DNA from: Lama guanicoe
Lineage: Eukaryota
Direction: 5' to 3'
DNA length: 64,000 nt
Assembly (NCBI GenBank): GCA_013239625.1
Contig: MU054187.1
Coordinates: 19,932,897-19,996,896, forward strand
The number at the start of each line of letters is the position of its first letter. The first letter of the stretch is position 1. This document shows positions 26,871-38,500 of this stretch, piece by piece. The notes under the pieces were generated by a model. That model saw only the letters and a list, made by a program, of their open reading frames with translations. It did not search any database and had not been told where the DNA came from. A program made the translations under genes and the position numbers.

Positions 26871-27193
26871 ATCAAACCTCTTTTTGCCTTCTGTAAGCTC
26901 AGAGTTACTTGTGGGGATATTATTACATAAAGTGAAATTTGCCATTAATGTGTTTTGTGTTTTCCAAAATTTTATGAAATCATACCTCACAAGGGCTAAC
27001 CTGAATAATTTTCACAAGGATTTAGTGAGAAAGGTGGTGAGAAGCTTAAATGTTTTGACAGAATACTTCAATAGAAGTCAGGCAACTTGCCTCACTCTGT
27101 GACAACTCTATTACTTGGAGCAAAATCTCTTAGTGAGATGATCAATTTACAAATCATATTCTATCAAACTGGGATCTTTTTTCTCCAATATCC

Positions 27194-27550
27194 TGCTGTG
27201 GACTGAATGTTTGCATCAATTGAAGTTCATACATTGAAATCCAGTCCCCAAGGTGATGATATGAGGAGGTAGGGTCTTTGGGAGATGATTAGGTCTGGGG
27301 CAGAGACTTCATAAATCATATTGGTTTCTTTTTACAAGAGATCCCAAAAATATCCCTTGACCCTTCCCTGCTGAAAGATTATAGCGTAAAGACTGCCATA
27401 TGAGGAGGTGGGCTCTCACCAGATGCTGAATCTTCTAGCATCTCAATCTTGGATGCCCCAGCCTCCAGGACTGTGAGAAACAAATTTCTGTTGTGCAGAA
27501 GTTGCCAAGTCTATGGTTTTTTGTTATAGCAGCTCAAACAAGCAAAGACA
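27194..27550 (+). mobile_element. MLT1A-like solo LTR
   Basis: TGCTGTGGACTGAATGTTTG...CCAGCCTCCAGGACTGTGAGAAA...TTGTTATAGCAGC...AAGACA; near-TSD TATCC/GATCC. Confidence 0.85.
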
Positions 27551-28341
27551 GATCCCTTGAAAGTGTTTTCTAGCATATTCTGACCAGGAATAAACTCTTC
27601 TTCTCCCTGTTCACTATTAGCTATGTATAGGAGCATCTCCCAGCCTGGAACCCCAACACCTAAAAATGCTTATTTTATTCTCTCTATATCCTCAAATGTC
27701 ATTCTTCATAAAACATCTAGTTTTTCTAGGGTGGTTAGAAAAGTAGACTTGAACTTTACCCTGTTCTCTGCTTCTCACTATTAATCTCTTTTTACCATCT
27801 TTTAATTTCTAAAGATTCTGGATGTGACTATATCAATTTAGGAGATGGGATGAAAAAGGTGAAACAAGATTTTAATTTGTATATGGGACTTTTCCCCTAG
27901 AGATTTTAAAAAAAAGTCAAGGCCATGCTACTGTTCAAAGTTCAGAGAGTATGTACACTCATGAGTTAAAGATAATGTGGTATTTGTAGACAGGATTCAA
28001 ATAGAAGAATGTTCTGATTTATTAAACTTGTCTTTCTAAGTAAGATAAAGTAGTTGAGCTAATAGATAATCCGAGCCTATTCTTTCTGAGTCTCAGAAGG
28101 AAATAATTCTGCTATAAGAGCCTTGGGAGCGAGGGAGCTATCCAAACAGGTTCTGCTCTGATGGACAGACATTGGAAGAGGGACTGCATAATTTTGTACG
28201 TTGACAGAGGCTAATTTAAATAGTGTTAATTGCTCCTCTGCGTCCAGTCATAGTGATGCCTAGGACTCAACACAGTTGCCCTGAATCTCCTCCCGGAACT
28301 GAGTGGCAGGAAGAACAACAGTTATTGGCTCTGGCTGTGTC

Positions 28342-28812
28342 TGTAACTGAGCAGGACCCTGTGGGGACTTCCTGGGACAGACCCCTCCCTGTATCCTCTG
28401 CTGCAGCTCCTCTCTGAAGCACCCAGATAATAGTATCTCATGTATATTTCCTGAATTTATCAGATGCTAAAAACAACCACCAACAGGGAGAAATTAACTA
28501 CTTGATGAACGTGTAGTCCTCAGATATTCTGGTGCCTAAGGATTGATGATGTTGACCTCCCTGTTACCTCACTATCAATCAATCAGAGAATTGTGCCTGA
28601 GCTGATCACACACCCTGTGACGCCCCTTCCTCACCTTGCCTTTAAAAAATGCTTTGCTGGAACCCTTCAGGGAGTTCGGGGATTTTTGGACATAAGCCAC
28701 CCAGTTCTCCTTGCTCGGCACTGCAATAAATCTATCTCTGCTCTAAACTCTGACATTTGGTTTGTTTTACCCTCACTGTGAGTGGGGCAAATGAAACTTG
28801 CATTCAGAAGCA
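28342..28812 (+). mobile_element. ERV1-like solo LTR
   Basis: TGTAACTGAGCAGGACCC start, TTTAAAAA TATA-like, AATAAA at ~28725, CA end; flanks TGTC/CATC. Confidence 0.8.
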
Positions 28813-29981
28813 CATCCTAGCATGCCTAGGACCAGGGGTAGGGAAGCAGAGCAGAGGGCAGGTACTGGTATCACTTCTATCCATTGCTTTTTGTCAATGC
28901 TTCCTATAAATTAACATTTGCTATTAAGGGCTGCTTAAATTGTTTAATTTTCAGAGGACAAGTGAGAGTTGACTTGTTATGGGTTATAGCCCCAACCGCC
29001 AACCCCTGAAAATTGTTATTTTATTTCCTCTATGTCCTAAATGTCATTCTAATATAGAACAACGCTAATAACTTAATTTTTTTTTGTATGATTCCCTTTT
29101 GACCTTCTGAGCCTTCCTTCACTAGTGTTTCTCTAGGTGTCCATGAAGCCGGGAAGAGATTGCAGGTTCTGAAATTCAAAGGGCAGGTGTGTGTATCTAT
29201 ACTTTGCCTTTTGTTAGATGAATTGTTTAAAGTTTATTTCCTTTCAAGCATGGGAGAAATCTCGTTTGGTCACCTAGATCACTGCATTTTAAAAAGGGGA
29301 AATTTTGGTAAGTGGAAGAGGAAGAAAAAAAGAAGAGAGCTCCCTTCCCCAGTCTTGATGTATTGTGGGAAGGAGACAGATGAAAGAGGCATAGTAGCCT
29401 GTGAAGAGGTCAAATGCAGGGGCCCCAGTGTCTGTTCTTCAGACTTCAGTGTAGAGTGGTACTGTGTCAGATAAATAAGGATACCACCAAGTACAGAGGG
29501 GCAGGTCTTCTTCATGCCCTTGTTTGTGACTCTGGGAGGAAGTTAGATTTGCACCTTGCAAACTGGCCAAGGCTGCGTCACCGAACACATGTGTGAGGAG
29601 AGCTTGACGGAAAGCACTGGGCCAGCAAGCATGGCTCTTCCCCTGTGGCCATCTGAGGGGTCGTCTGTGCCAGGAAGTAGTAGGATCAAAGTTAGACCTT
29701 AGAAGCATCTTTAGTATCAGTAGGAGATAAGTGAGACCTTCTGGGCCTGAATCCTGAGCAAGGGTCGACTCCTTGGAGGAGCCTGACGGTAGGTTGGTAG
29801 GGAATCTGCATTCAAGAGTTGAACGTTGTTCGCCTCTGCCTGTGCTCAGAGCAAGTGAGCAGGACAACTGTCTCATCTTAAGGAGAGAAACAGTAGGAGG
29901 GACGCTATCTGCAAGACTGATCATTTTTCTCTAAGACACTGAACGTATCCTGAAGGGCTGTTTTTTGATATTGAACTGAAC

Positions 29982-30077
29982 TTTATTATTATTTTTTTAA
30001 TGGAGGTACTGGGAATTGAACCCAGCACTTCCTACATGCTAAGCATGCACTCTACTACTGAGCTATATCCATCCCCC
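29982..30077 (-). mobile_element. tRNA-derived SINE (camelid vic-1-like)
   Basis: Antisense of TAGCTCAGTAGTAG (A box) and GGTTCAATTCC (B box) with an A-rich tail; ACTGA on both flanks. Confidence 0.85.
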
Positions 30078-31969
30078 ACTGAGACTAAATTTTAGATTAG
30101 ATTATTTACTAACACAAACAATGGGGGACACAGTAGGAAGAACAGATTAGTCATAGATAAAATAATAAACTATGCTTATAAAAAAGTTTGTTATATAAGA
30201 CTTTTAGTTCTTTAGGTTACATACAGCATGAATAAAAAGTGACAACTGCTCTTTAGATGTAAATTACTGAAGTTAGCCCACAGATGTCATTTTGCAAAAT
30301 TATCTACTTTCCCTTTCAATTAAAACAAATTCTGAATAAGGTTGAGACAGTTCAAGAAAATGAATTGTCGTCTCCTTTGTTCCTTCATCTTCTCCTCGTA
30401 CCTCAACACCGCCCCTTCCCCGACTCCTGCCTCCACATCCCTTCAGCCTCCAGGGCATCTTCTCCCTCCATGGTTTTTAGCACTGAATGAATTGTGGGAA
30501 GCCAGGCTTTCAAGATCACAGAGCTTGGTTTGATGAAATTCCATTCAAAGAATGCCAAGTGTTGTGAACCTACAATGCTCATATCTTTTATACTTCTTAA
30601 AACATGGGTGCAGGTGTTCACATCTGCATTTCTGCACTTGGACCAGCAATTCCCTTTTTTTAAAAAAAATGGTTTTAGGGCAAGTGTTAAGAGATGTTAT
30701 TGCTTGTCTGAAGTTGTAGACTCTCTTGGTGTTAAAATTTGTTTGTAGCACCAAGAAAGTGTTGTCATTCAGATAGTCTGCATCTAAATTTTGCTTTCCC
30801 CCATTTTATGTGCCTAACTCTGTGTGGGTCTCTGCTTTTTTTTTTTTTTTTTTTATTTTTGTCTCTCTAGGTCATGTATTTTTGTTCTGAGGTGTATATG
30901 TCCTTCATGGAATCTGTGAGTCCAGTGAAGGTGTATGCATATTCTGTATTTTTTTCTGATGAAGATTCATGTTTGTTTGTTTTTTTCATGACATTTTTAA
31001 AGAGGAAGAAGACTGAGCAAATTTGAGAATTCTTGTTCTCTCTTTTATGTCAGCTTTATTTGTCTCATCAACTCGTCATTTTCTCCTATCTCTTCACTCC
31101 CCTCTTTCTCCTTCCAAGATGTGGATAGGAGTCATATCTTTATGAACATAGGAAAACTTTGATTTCTGATTATAACCTAAAGGAGAAAAAATGAGAAATT
31201 TTATATATTTTTTAAAAAATAAAGTTGTTTTGTTATGTGTTTCTTGGTTTATTTGACTATAGGTCTTTAGCTATTTTAAAGCAAGCCAAAAAAATTGAAA
31301 CAAAGCTAACAAAAAGAGCAACAAATACCCTCTGGATTCTTTTTGACTTTGAAAAGAAATATAATAAGTGAATTAGTATTTTTAGGAAATTGTTTTTCAA
31401 ATAGAAACTTTTTTGAATGTTAAACAACAAATTATTTTAAAAACGTTTTACTTAGAGAAGAATATGTATGTATCCTAAAATCTCACTACCCAGAGTGAAT
31501 CACAATGAATCTTTTAGAACAATTCTGTAAGTTATCTTTTATATTAACATATGGTTTAAAATAAATGGGATCACAATATAATTTGTGGTTTGTAATCTGT
31601 TTGTTTTTCCCATTGAATATTATGTTTTGATCATTTTTCCACACAAAAAAAGATCTAAACCATAATTTTTAATGCTTGGGTGGCTCTTTTGTATATGTCT
31701 CTATATTTTAATTCTTAAAATTCATCAAGACATACTTCAGACATACAAAAATGTACCCAGGAAACTGTAATGGACACCCATATACCCACTACTAAACTCA
31801 AGACTTAAGACAATACCATAGAATTGGGTGCCCTGGATGTACTGAAATCCTTATGTAGTTTTCTAGTTGACTACTTTAGATAAATTCCTAGAGACTGAAT
31901 TCCAGCATCAAAAGCACGATGAAGTCATTGTTTTGAATACATTGTATTTATCTGTGCTTATTTAGCCAA

Positions 31970-32450
31970 TAAGTATTCAGTACCCGTTGAGTGCTGGGGA
32001 CCATGCTTAGGCCAGGAATAGAGAGAGAAAGACAAGGAGAGTAGAGTCTTGAGTCAAATAGTTTGTCAAATAATATGACAAGTAAAATATAGCATGAAAA
32101 GTGATGCAGTAGAAATAATACGATATAAAAGAAGCATTGGGAAGTTGAGCTAACTGGATGTCATAATCGATCTGGAAGAGGTAATGATTAGATTTGAATT
32201 AGTGAAGAAATGAAGTTGAGCATGGAAAACGTTTCAAGTATAGAGCATCATTTGCAACGAAAGACTTAGTGCCATTGAGAAATTGTCCCTGGTCAGGTCT
32301 GGCTAAATTATGGAATTCTTAGACAGAATGGCGACGGATGAAGGCATAAAAGAAGGTGGAGTCTGAGAGTTAGAAACAGTGAGTAGTAGGTAGGACTACT
32401 GGTCACGTTAAAAATTTGGCCTTAATAAAGTAGTAATTAACATAATTGAA
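31970..32450 (-). mobile_element. L2 LINE fragment
   Basis: AAGTATTCAGTACCCGTTGAGTGCTGGGGACCATGCTTAGG tail-proximal L2-like motif. Confidence 0.5.
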
Positions 32451-35400
32451 GGCAAAAAGGGAAAATTTATACAGGGACAGACTGAGGACACTGGACAACC
32501 ATGAAACTACCTGATGAGTTTTAATATGTTTTCTGCTCTGTTTCTGTGTCATTACTTCTTAAGTTTTAAATATTTCCTTTCAAAAGTCAGTTTAAGAAAT
32601 ATTCATTCCTCTAGCAATATCTAGGATGTAGCTTGCAAACAGAAGTCTATGGTTCTCCCTTCTGTATCCCTTCCCTTCTGGCTGTGTGTGAGGGCATTCT
32701 CTGTGTTCATATTCACTGTACAGAGACCGGCGTATGGTGGTGTGAAGACTGGGACTAGTGAATTTAGTAGGTCTCTTTTCACTGAAAATAAAGCATCAGT
32801 GGTCATCCCAAAGGAGTAAGTTGGCAAGCAGTAGCCAGTGATTCATGGTACAGGCAGTTCACTTTCAAGTTTTATCTGAAGGAATCATGTTTCTGTATAA
32901 AATGTATTGCACTTCAGGTTAATGCTGTTGACCACCAGGGAAGGCAGTAAAAATTGAGAGCATATGCCGAATAATCTCCCATAACAGTAGACTCGTGCTC
33001 TCTTCATTTGACCTTCGATTGCCTAGACTTTACGGGCTGCACTGTATTGGAACAACGTGCAACGCCCAGGACTTTCTGAGTCTTAGCATCTGCTTGAAGC
33101 TTAATGACTCACATCACTCTTGGCGACTGTGCTTTGGACTTAGAGCAGTAATGCTGGGTCATGTGGACAACGGAAGCAGTTTTCTGCCTCTGTGGTAGTA
33201 AATGGTCTTCAGTGAACTTTGTTCAAAAACTTTTCCTTATAGAGCCATACACACTGTTTTTGACCTTGTACAGAACTCATTCTCCACTGCAGAAATGGTC
33301 ATTGCTGGTTAGAGAGAGAAAATTACTTAACTATCATACATGGCTGGTATATCCTGAACCATGAAAATTGAAGAAAGGGGATTTTTGAAAAATCACTTTC
33401 TTTCCTTGCAGGGTAGAATTATTGCTTCCTCTGTTTTTATGCTTGAGAATAGCTTTTGGGGGATTTATATTACCCAAGTAATTGGCTTTCAAATTTCCTT
33501 TGGGAATTATTAAACTGCCTAATATACTAAATCGTTTAGTGTCATTTTTATATGTTTTGACTTTTAGGTATTTAGAATTCTAATGAGGGATTTAAGTTGC
33601 TCTAACTTATCCTGCAAATGAGAATAACTTCTCTAATTTTGAATTTTAAGGAGTGCTTACTTAAGAAACAAAATATTGCGATAAGCATAAAGCTCCACTT
33701 TTATGTTTTTAAAATTAACTCATTTGTTAAGTGCATGTATGTGTTCATATGTCTGTGTGTGTTTATATTTAACAAAGGCCGTGATAGTGACATACTTGAA
33801 ATACTACAGAAAAAAATAAATCAGGAGTTTGGAGGAAGCATTGAATCTAGGGGACATTTAACTCTCTGAAAAATCTTACATTTAACTAAGCAAACAGTGA
33901 ACTTGCTGAAAATGATAAAGTTAGAACTAAAGTTGCTAAAAGGATCATTCTGAAGACCTAGGAGCATTGCTGGAATATTGTTCAGGTATATTTTAGGAGC
34001 TGGTACTGATTACCTTCTTTATGAGGAAAATATTTAGATTTCTATGCATTCAGACCTTTCTTAAGATATATTAAAAACTGACATCAGTTGGAAACTATTC
34101 TAATTATAGAGTGCCTCTCATATGCAAAGTGCCACAATAGATATTCCAAATCATACTTAATTTTTTTTTAATTTCGCAAATATATATTGAGCAGTCTCTA
34201 TTGTGAGCTGCTGGAAGCTTTCAGTAGGGTAAAAACCAAATCTCTTTGAGTGATTTATTGGGAAGCCTCATCTGCCTGTCATAAACTGAGGCGATTCATA
34301 GAAAAGTGAAATAAAGCTGATTTAGAGGTAACTCAATAGCTGAAGGATGGAGTACAAAGGATCTAGACCAAGGACATGGCAATGGGAATGAAAGTAAAGA
34401 AACAGACTGAGAAATATTTTTTAAAAGTTAACTGAATATTTTTAAGTGGGATAGGTCCAAGAAAAAAATGAAAGAAGACTCAGGAAGTTTAGTTTGTATA
34501 TTAAATGAACAGCAGTGAAACAGTTAGAAATAATAAAATTCCAGAAGGGTCACTAGAGAAAGATCAAGCGTTTGATTCTGAAAAATATGGAGATGACTGT
34601 AGAGCCTTCCAAGTGAACGTGTTGATTGGCATTTGGGAGAATGCAGAGGAATATGTAGCTTAATGTCATGGCCAGGGGATCATCTAGTGGATAAAGATAT
34701 AGGGCAGGGAAATGGAAGTTTTTCTCCCAAGTTCCTGTTGTTGAGATTGAAATAAATACATGATTTTTGAGTTAAACACCCTATACTCAAGAATTACTAC
34801 ATCATAACTATTATCACATTGTGGTAAATATCTGGGAACTTAGTAAAGTGATCAAGGTTTAGTACTTTATACACACAAATGATTATGTATACAAATAATA
34901 ACGTGGACTGGGCATTAACGATGAACCTTTCATCTTGATTTTCTATTTTTTTGGTATCTACTTATGTCCCTGGACAAGTATGATACATTTGTAGATAGAA
35001 GGTGAAGGTTTATCCTACCTAGATGGCAAAGTTTGTGCCCATCCCAGAGTTTAGATTAAGCACTTCCCCTTTCTGAGCTCCTTGAACTTACCTAGAAAAA
35101 ATGGATCCACAAAGAAGGAAAAAAATGAAATTCTATAATCCTTCTTTTACTTTTCTTGAGAGTGGAGCAGTGGAATTGTCTAAGTAGAGACTCAAGTTCT
35201 TGGAGATTTTGGGAGGACTTGGATGGGAAGGGACAGGGAAATGAGTGTTTTTATATTAATTTCTCTGGAGATAGGCAGGGAACTTACTCAAGAATAGAGA
35301 AGTGAGACCTCACTGTTCTGAGTAGTTTGTCTACCAAATAAGGAGCTGTAGCTATAAAATTGCCTGAGTCAGAAGAACTTTGAGCTGCCTCCACCATGTC

Positions 35401-37289
35401 TCTTGATTGAATCCTTATCTCAGGGCTGTCTCGACTTCGTTACCATGTCATCCAGACTCCACACTTAGAGCCCCATCCTCAGCCTGGTAGTGAACTTATT
35501 GGGTTCATCATATCCCCTGGGTCTCCAGCAATGCAAGACTAAATGGCCCTAATCCCCCCTTTAACAAGATGTAGTGGTAAAGATAAATTTTAGGTAAACA
35601 GTCAGAAAAGGAAGTGGAAAAAGGGGCACTATGAAGAAGACGGATGGTCCATTGGGAGGAAGGGTGAGATTTGGAAATGAAAATTTGGCAAGAGCAATAT
35701 CCAGGAGTCTTGGCAACAAGCACCAAAAATATCTATCATCTGGGTAAAAGGGTCTTTAAATGCTAAACGGACGCTAGGAAAAAATATCCTTGTCTTAGTA
35801 TGGAATTAGTATCTGGAGCCGAGTGCCAGAAGAGGAATTCAGCAACCAAGACAGAAAGACAGATATAAGGAATGGGGACATACAAGCTAAAATGGTGCTT
35901 AGAAACAAAAGAGAAACCCAGTTAGAACTGAGGTCCTGCATGCAGGTTATTTGAAGGACAAGGAGGAGGATGCTGACTCCCAGAGATGAAGTTAGAACTG
36001 GTTAACTACTATTTTTTCAGCAGTGGTTTTGGAGGGATGTGGAAACTGAGAGCCAGTCTGGATCTTTAAAACTCCCAATTTGATGATCTTCTTGCAAATT
36101 TTGAAGCAGCCATGAATTAGAGGCCCAATATCTCTGTCTCCTGTATTTATGCAGAAAATGCTGCAGTAAATATCAGAAGTTTTAGAGTGAGTTAATAAAG
36201 TTTGAATGGAGGAAAATTCTAATCAAGGTTTAGAAGGTTTCAGGTAAATTTCCTCTGGCAGTCGTATATATGTGAACCCTAACCTGGGAACCCAGAGTCA
36301 GCTCTCTCTCTTTGTGAAGGCACTAACCTTTTAATAAGAATGAAGGAGATTCATAGTTGCATCTTTAGTTTCTTTATGTCTCTTTTCCCCTCATTAAGTC
36401 AGCATGATGTAAAATGACAGCCTGAGACTAGAAATCTTGTCTCCAGCAAGTAGAACAGACAGTATCCACAAAGAGGTCTGTTCTGTCAAGATAATTGTGC
36501 CCTCTATGCCGATGGGTATTTGAGGAGTTAGCTGTTGGGTCAAATCATAGGAATTTATTTTAATCCTTGCCTGAAATCTGACAACTTCTGCTCCTCTACA
36601 GTTGCAGTACCAGTTATAGACTTGGAGAAGAAATCAGCGTGGGAATTTTCAGAAATGATTTCAAAAATTATCTCAATAACTTAACTATTTACTTTTAGGA
36701 GAAACTTCAGAGTAATTTTCAGACAGATTGGTGATGGCTGTGGACCTCACCTATTGTCAGAATAGATGACTTTTACCACATATGCTTATATGCTTTCTGA
36801 TTTTTAGAGAAGACTTGGGGACTGGCTACAAAGTGCCCTTTCTGGTCCAGCATGGGTACGTGTTGTATGGATCAGAAACAAGGAAAACCCAGAGAAGACC
36901 AAAGCTGACTAGAATTAAAAATGTATGCAGATGACCTTGACATAAAGATGGGAATAGTTTGATGGAACAGATCTGGCATACGATGGGCAAAGATGCAGGT
37001 CCTGTGAACAGAAAAAAAGACTGAGGAAAAGTGGCCCTTCTCCTTCTAGTATCATTTGTCTCCAAGTCCAAAACCCCCCAACTTCCTATGGATAAAACTT
37101 ACTGCCTCTTACTTCCTTAGATTGCATGTCTTTATTACAGGTATGGTGCCTACCAAATCAAATGGTTGGGACTTTGAAAGCAAAGGATATCAGTAACCAA
37201 GCAGAATAATGCTATTGAAATGTCTTTTAAAATTTATTTACATGCTGTAAAATTTGTTTGGTTTCCAGTTCCTTGAAGTTTGACAGAAG

Positions 37290-38025
37290 TCACACTCAGG
37301 GCACAGAATGATTCCCTCTCTAGTGCTGCTCCTTTGTAGTCAGACTGTCTATCCACTCCTAACCCAGGCAACTGAAATTTTTTTTAGCTTTCTATAAAAG
37401 TAGAGTGTATGATCAGGCCACTCAAGATGGCTATTCTGTTGCTCTCTGTACATCCCCTGCTGGACCAGTGCCTTCTTCACCTACACCCTACTCACCTGAC
37501 TGGCCTTCCTACATACTTGCCCCAGGCCCCAGCTAATGATTGTTCTAACTTTAGGTCAGACTCTCTATTACGCTTATCAAAGGACTGGTGAGGGCCATGC
37601 CCCTCTGCTGGTTTCCCTGGTAACCAATGAGCCAACCTGTCATCAGTTCCTCCTATAACTGGTAACCTCCCCCTGCCCCTGGGAGCAAAGCCTGCCACCA
37701 TGTTGTGCCTTCTTCTGCCACACACAGTGGGGTGTCGCTCCAGGACCTTGCTTCAGACACGTAAGATCTCCCTATCCATTAAACCATTGATGTCTCTGTT
37801 GCAGACTCCAGGCTCTTTCTTCAGTCTTGAAACTGGGCAAGTACAGGCCTTTTGGGCCTAGGGGTGCAGCCCAACATACATGCATACAATTTGTAACCTT
37901 TTGGAATCTGGCTCCTCTCACTCAGTATTAATGCACTTGAGATTCATCCATATTGTTGGGTGTATCAATAGCCTTTTCTTTGGATGGACCAGTTTACTCA
38001 CTCACAAGTTGGAAGACATTTGGGT
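37290..38025 (-). mobile_element. Old LINE-1 3' UTR (L1MC/MD-like) interrupted by an LTR
   Basis: TGGCTCCTCTCACTCAG...GAGATTCATCCATATTGTTG...GAAGACATTTGGGT antisense L1 3' UTR motifs. Confidence 0.65.
37410..37876 (+). mobile_element. ERV-like solo LTR
   Basis: TGATCAGG...CCCAACA termini, CCAAT at ~37624, TATAA at ~37654, ATTAAA at ~37778. Confidence 0.75.
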
Positions 38026-38026
38026 A

Positions 38027-38500
38027 AGTGGAAGGCAGAACTTGGGCTACCCTAATCTTTACCCTCTGGCATTATGCTGGTGAATGCATTACGTTACATG
38101 GCAAGAGGGAATTATGTTTGCAGATGGAATTATGGCTACAGATTTCATGTGGAATTAAGGTTGATAATCAGCTGAACTTAATTCATGGGGAGGTGACCCT
38201 GGGTTACTCCAGTGTAATCACAGGCACTTAGAAATACTAGAAGAAGGTGGAAGAGTCATCAAAGAGATGCAGTGTGAGGCCCTGGCCTGCTGTTGTTGGA
38301 TTTAAAGATAGAGGAAAGGAGATGTGGGCTAAAAAATTCCAGTGGTCTCTAGAAATTGATAACAGCCCTCGACTGGCAACCGACAGGGAAACAGGATTCT
38401 CAGCCCTACAGCTGCAATGAACTGAATTCTCCCAACAATTTAAATGAGCAAGGACACGGATTGTCCCCTAGGACCTTCAGAAAGGAACTTCAGGCTGGTG
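38027..38500 (+). mobile_element. MLT1D/E-like LTR lacking its 3' end
   Basis: GTGGAAGGCAGAA start; CCTACAGCTGCAATGAACTGAATTCT...CAGAAAGGAA collinear with the paralog at 42670-42750; similarity is lost after 38500. Confidence 0.8.
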
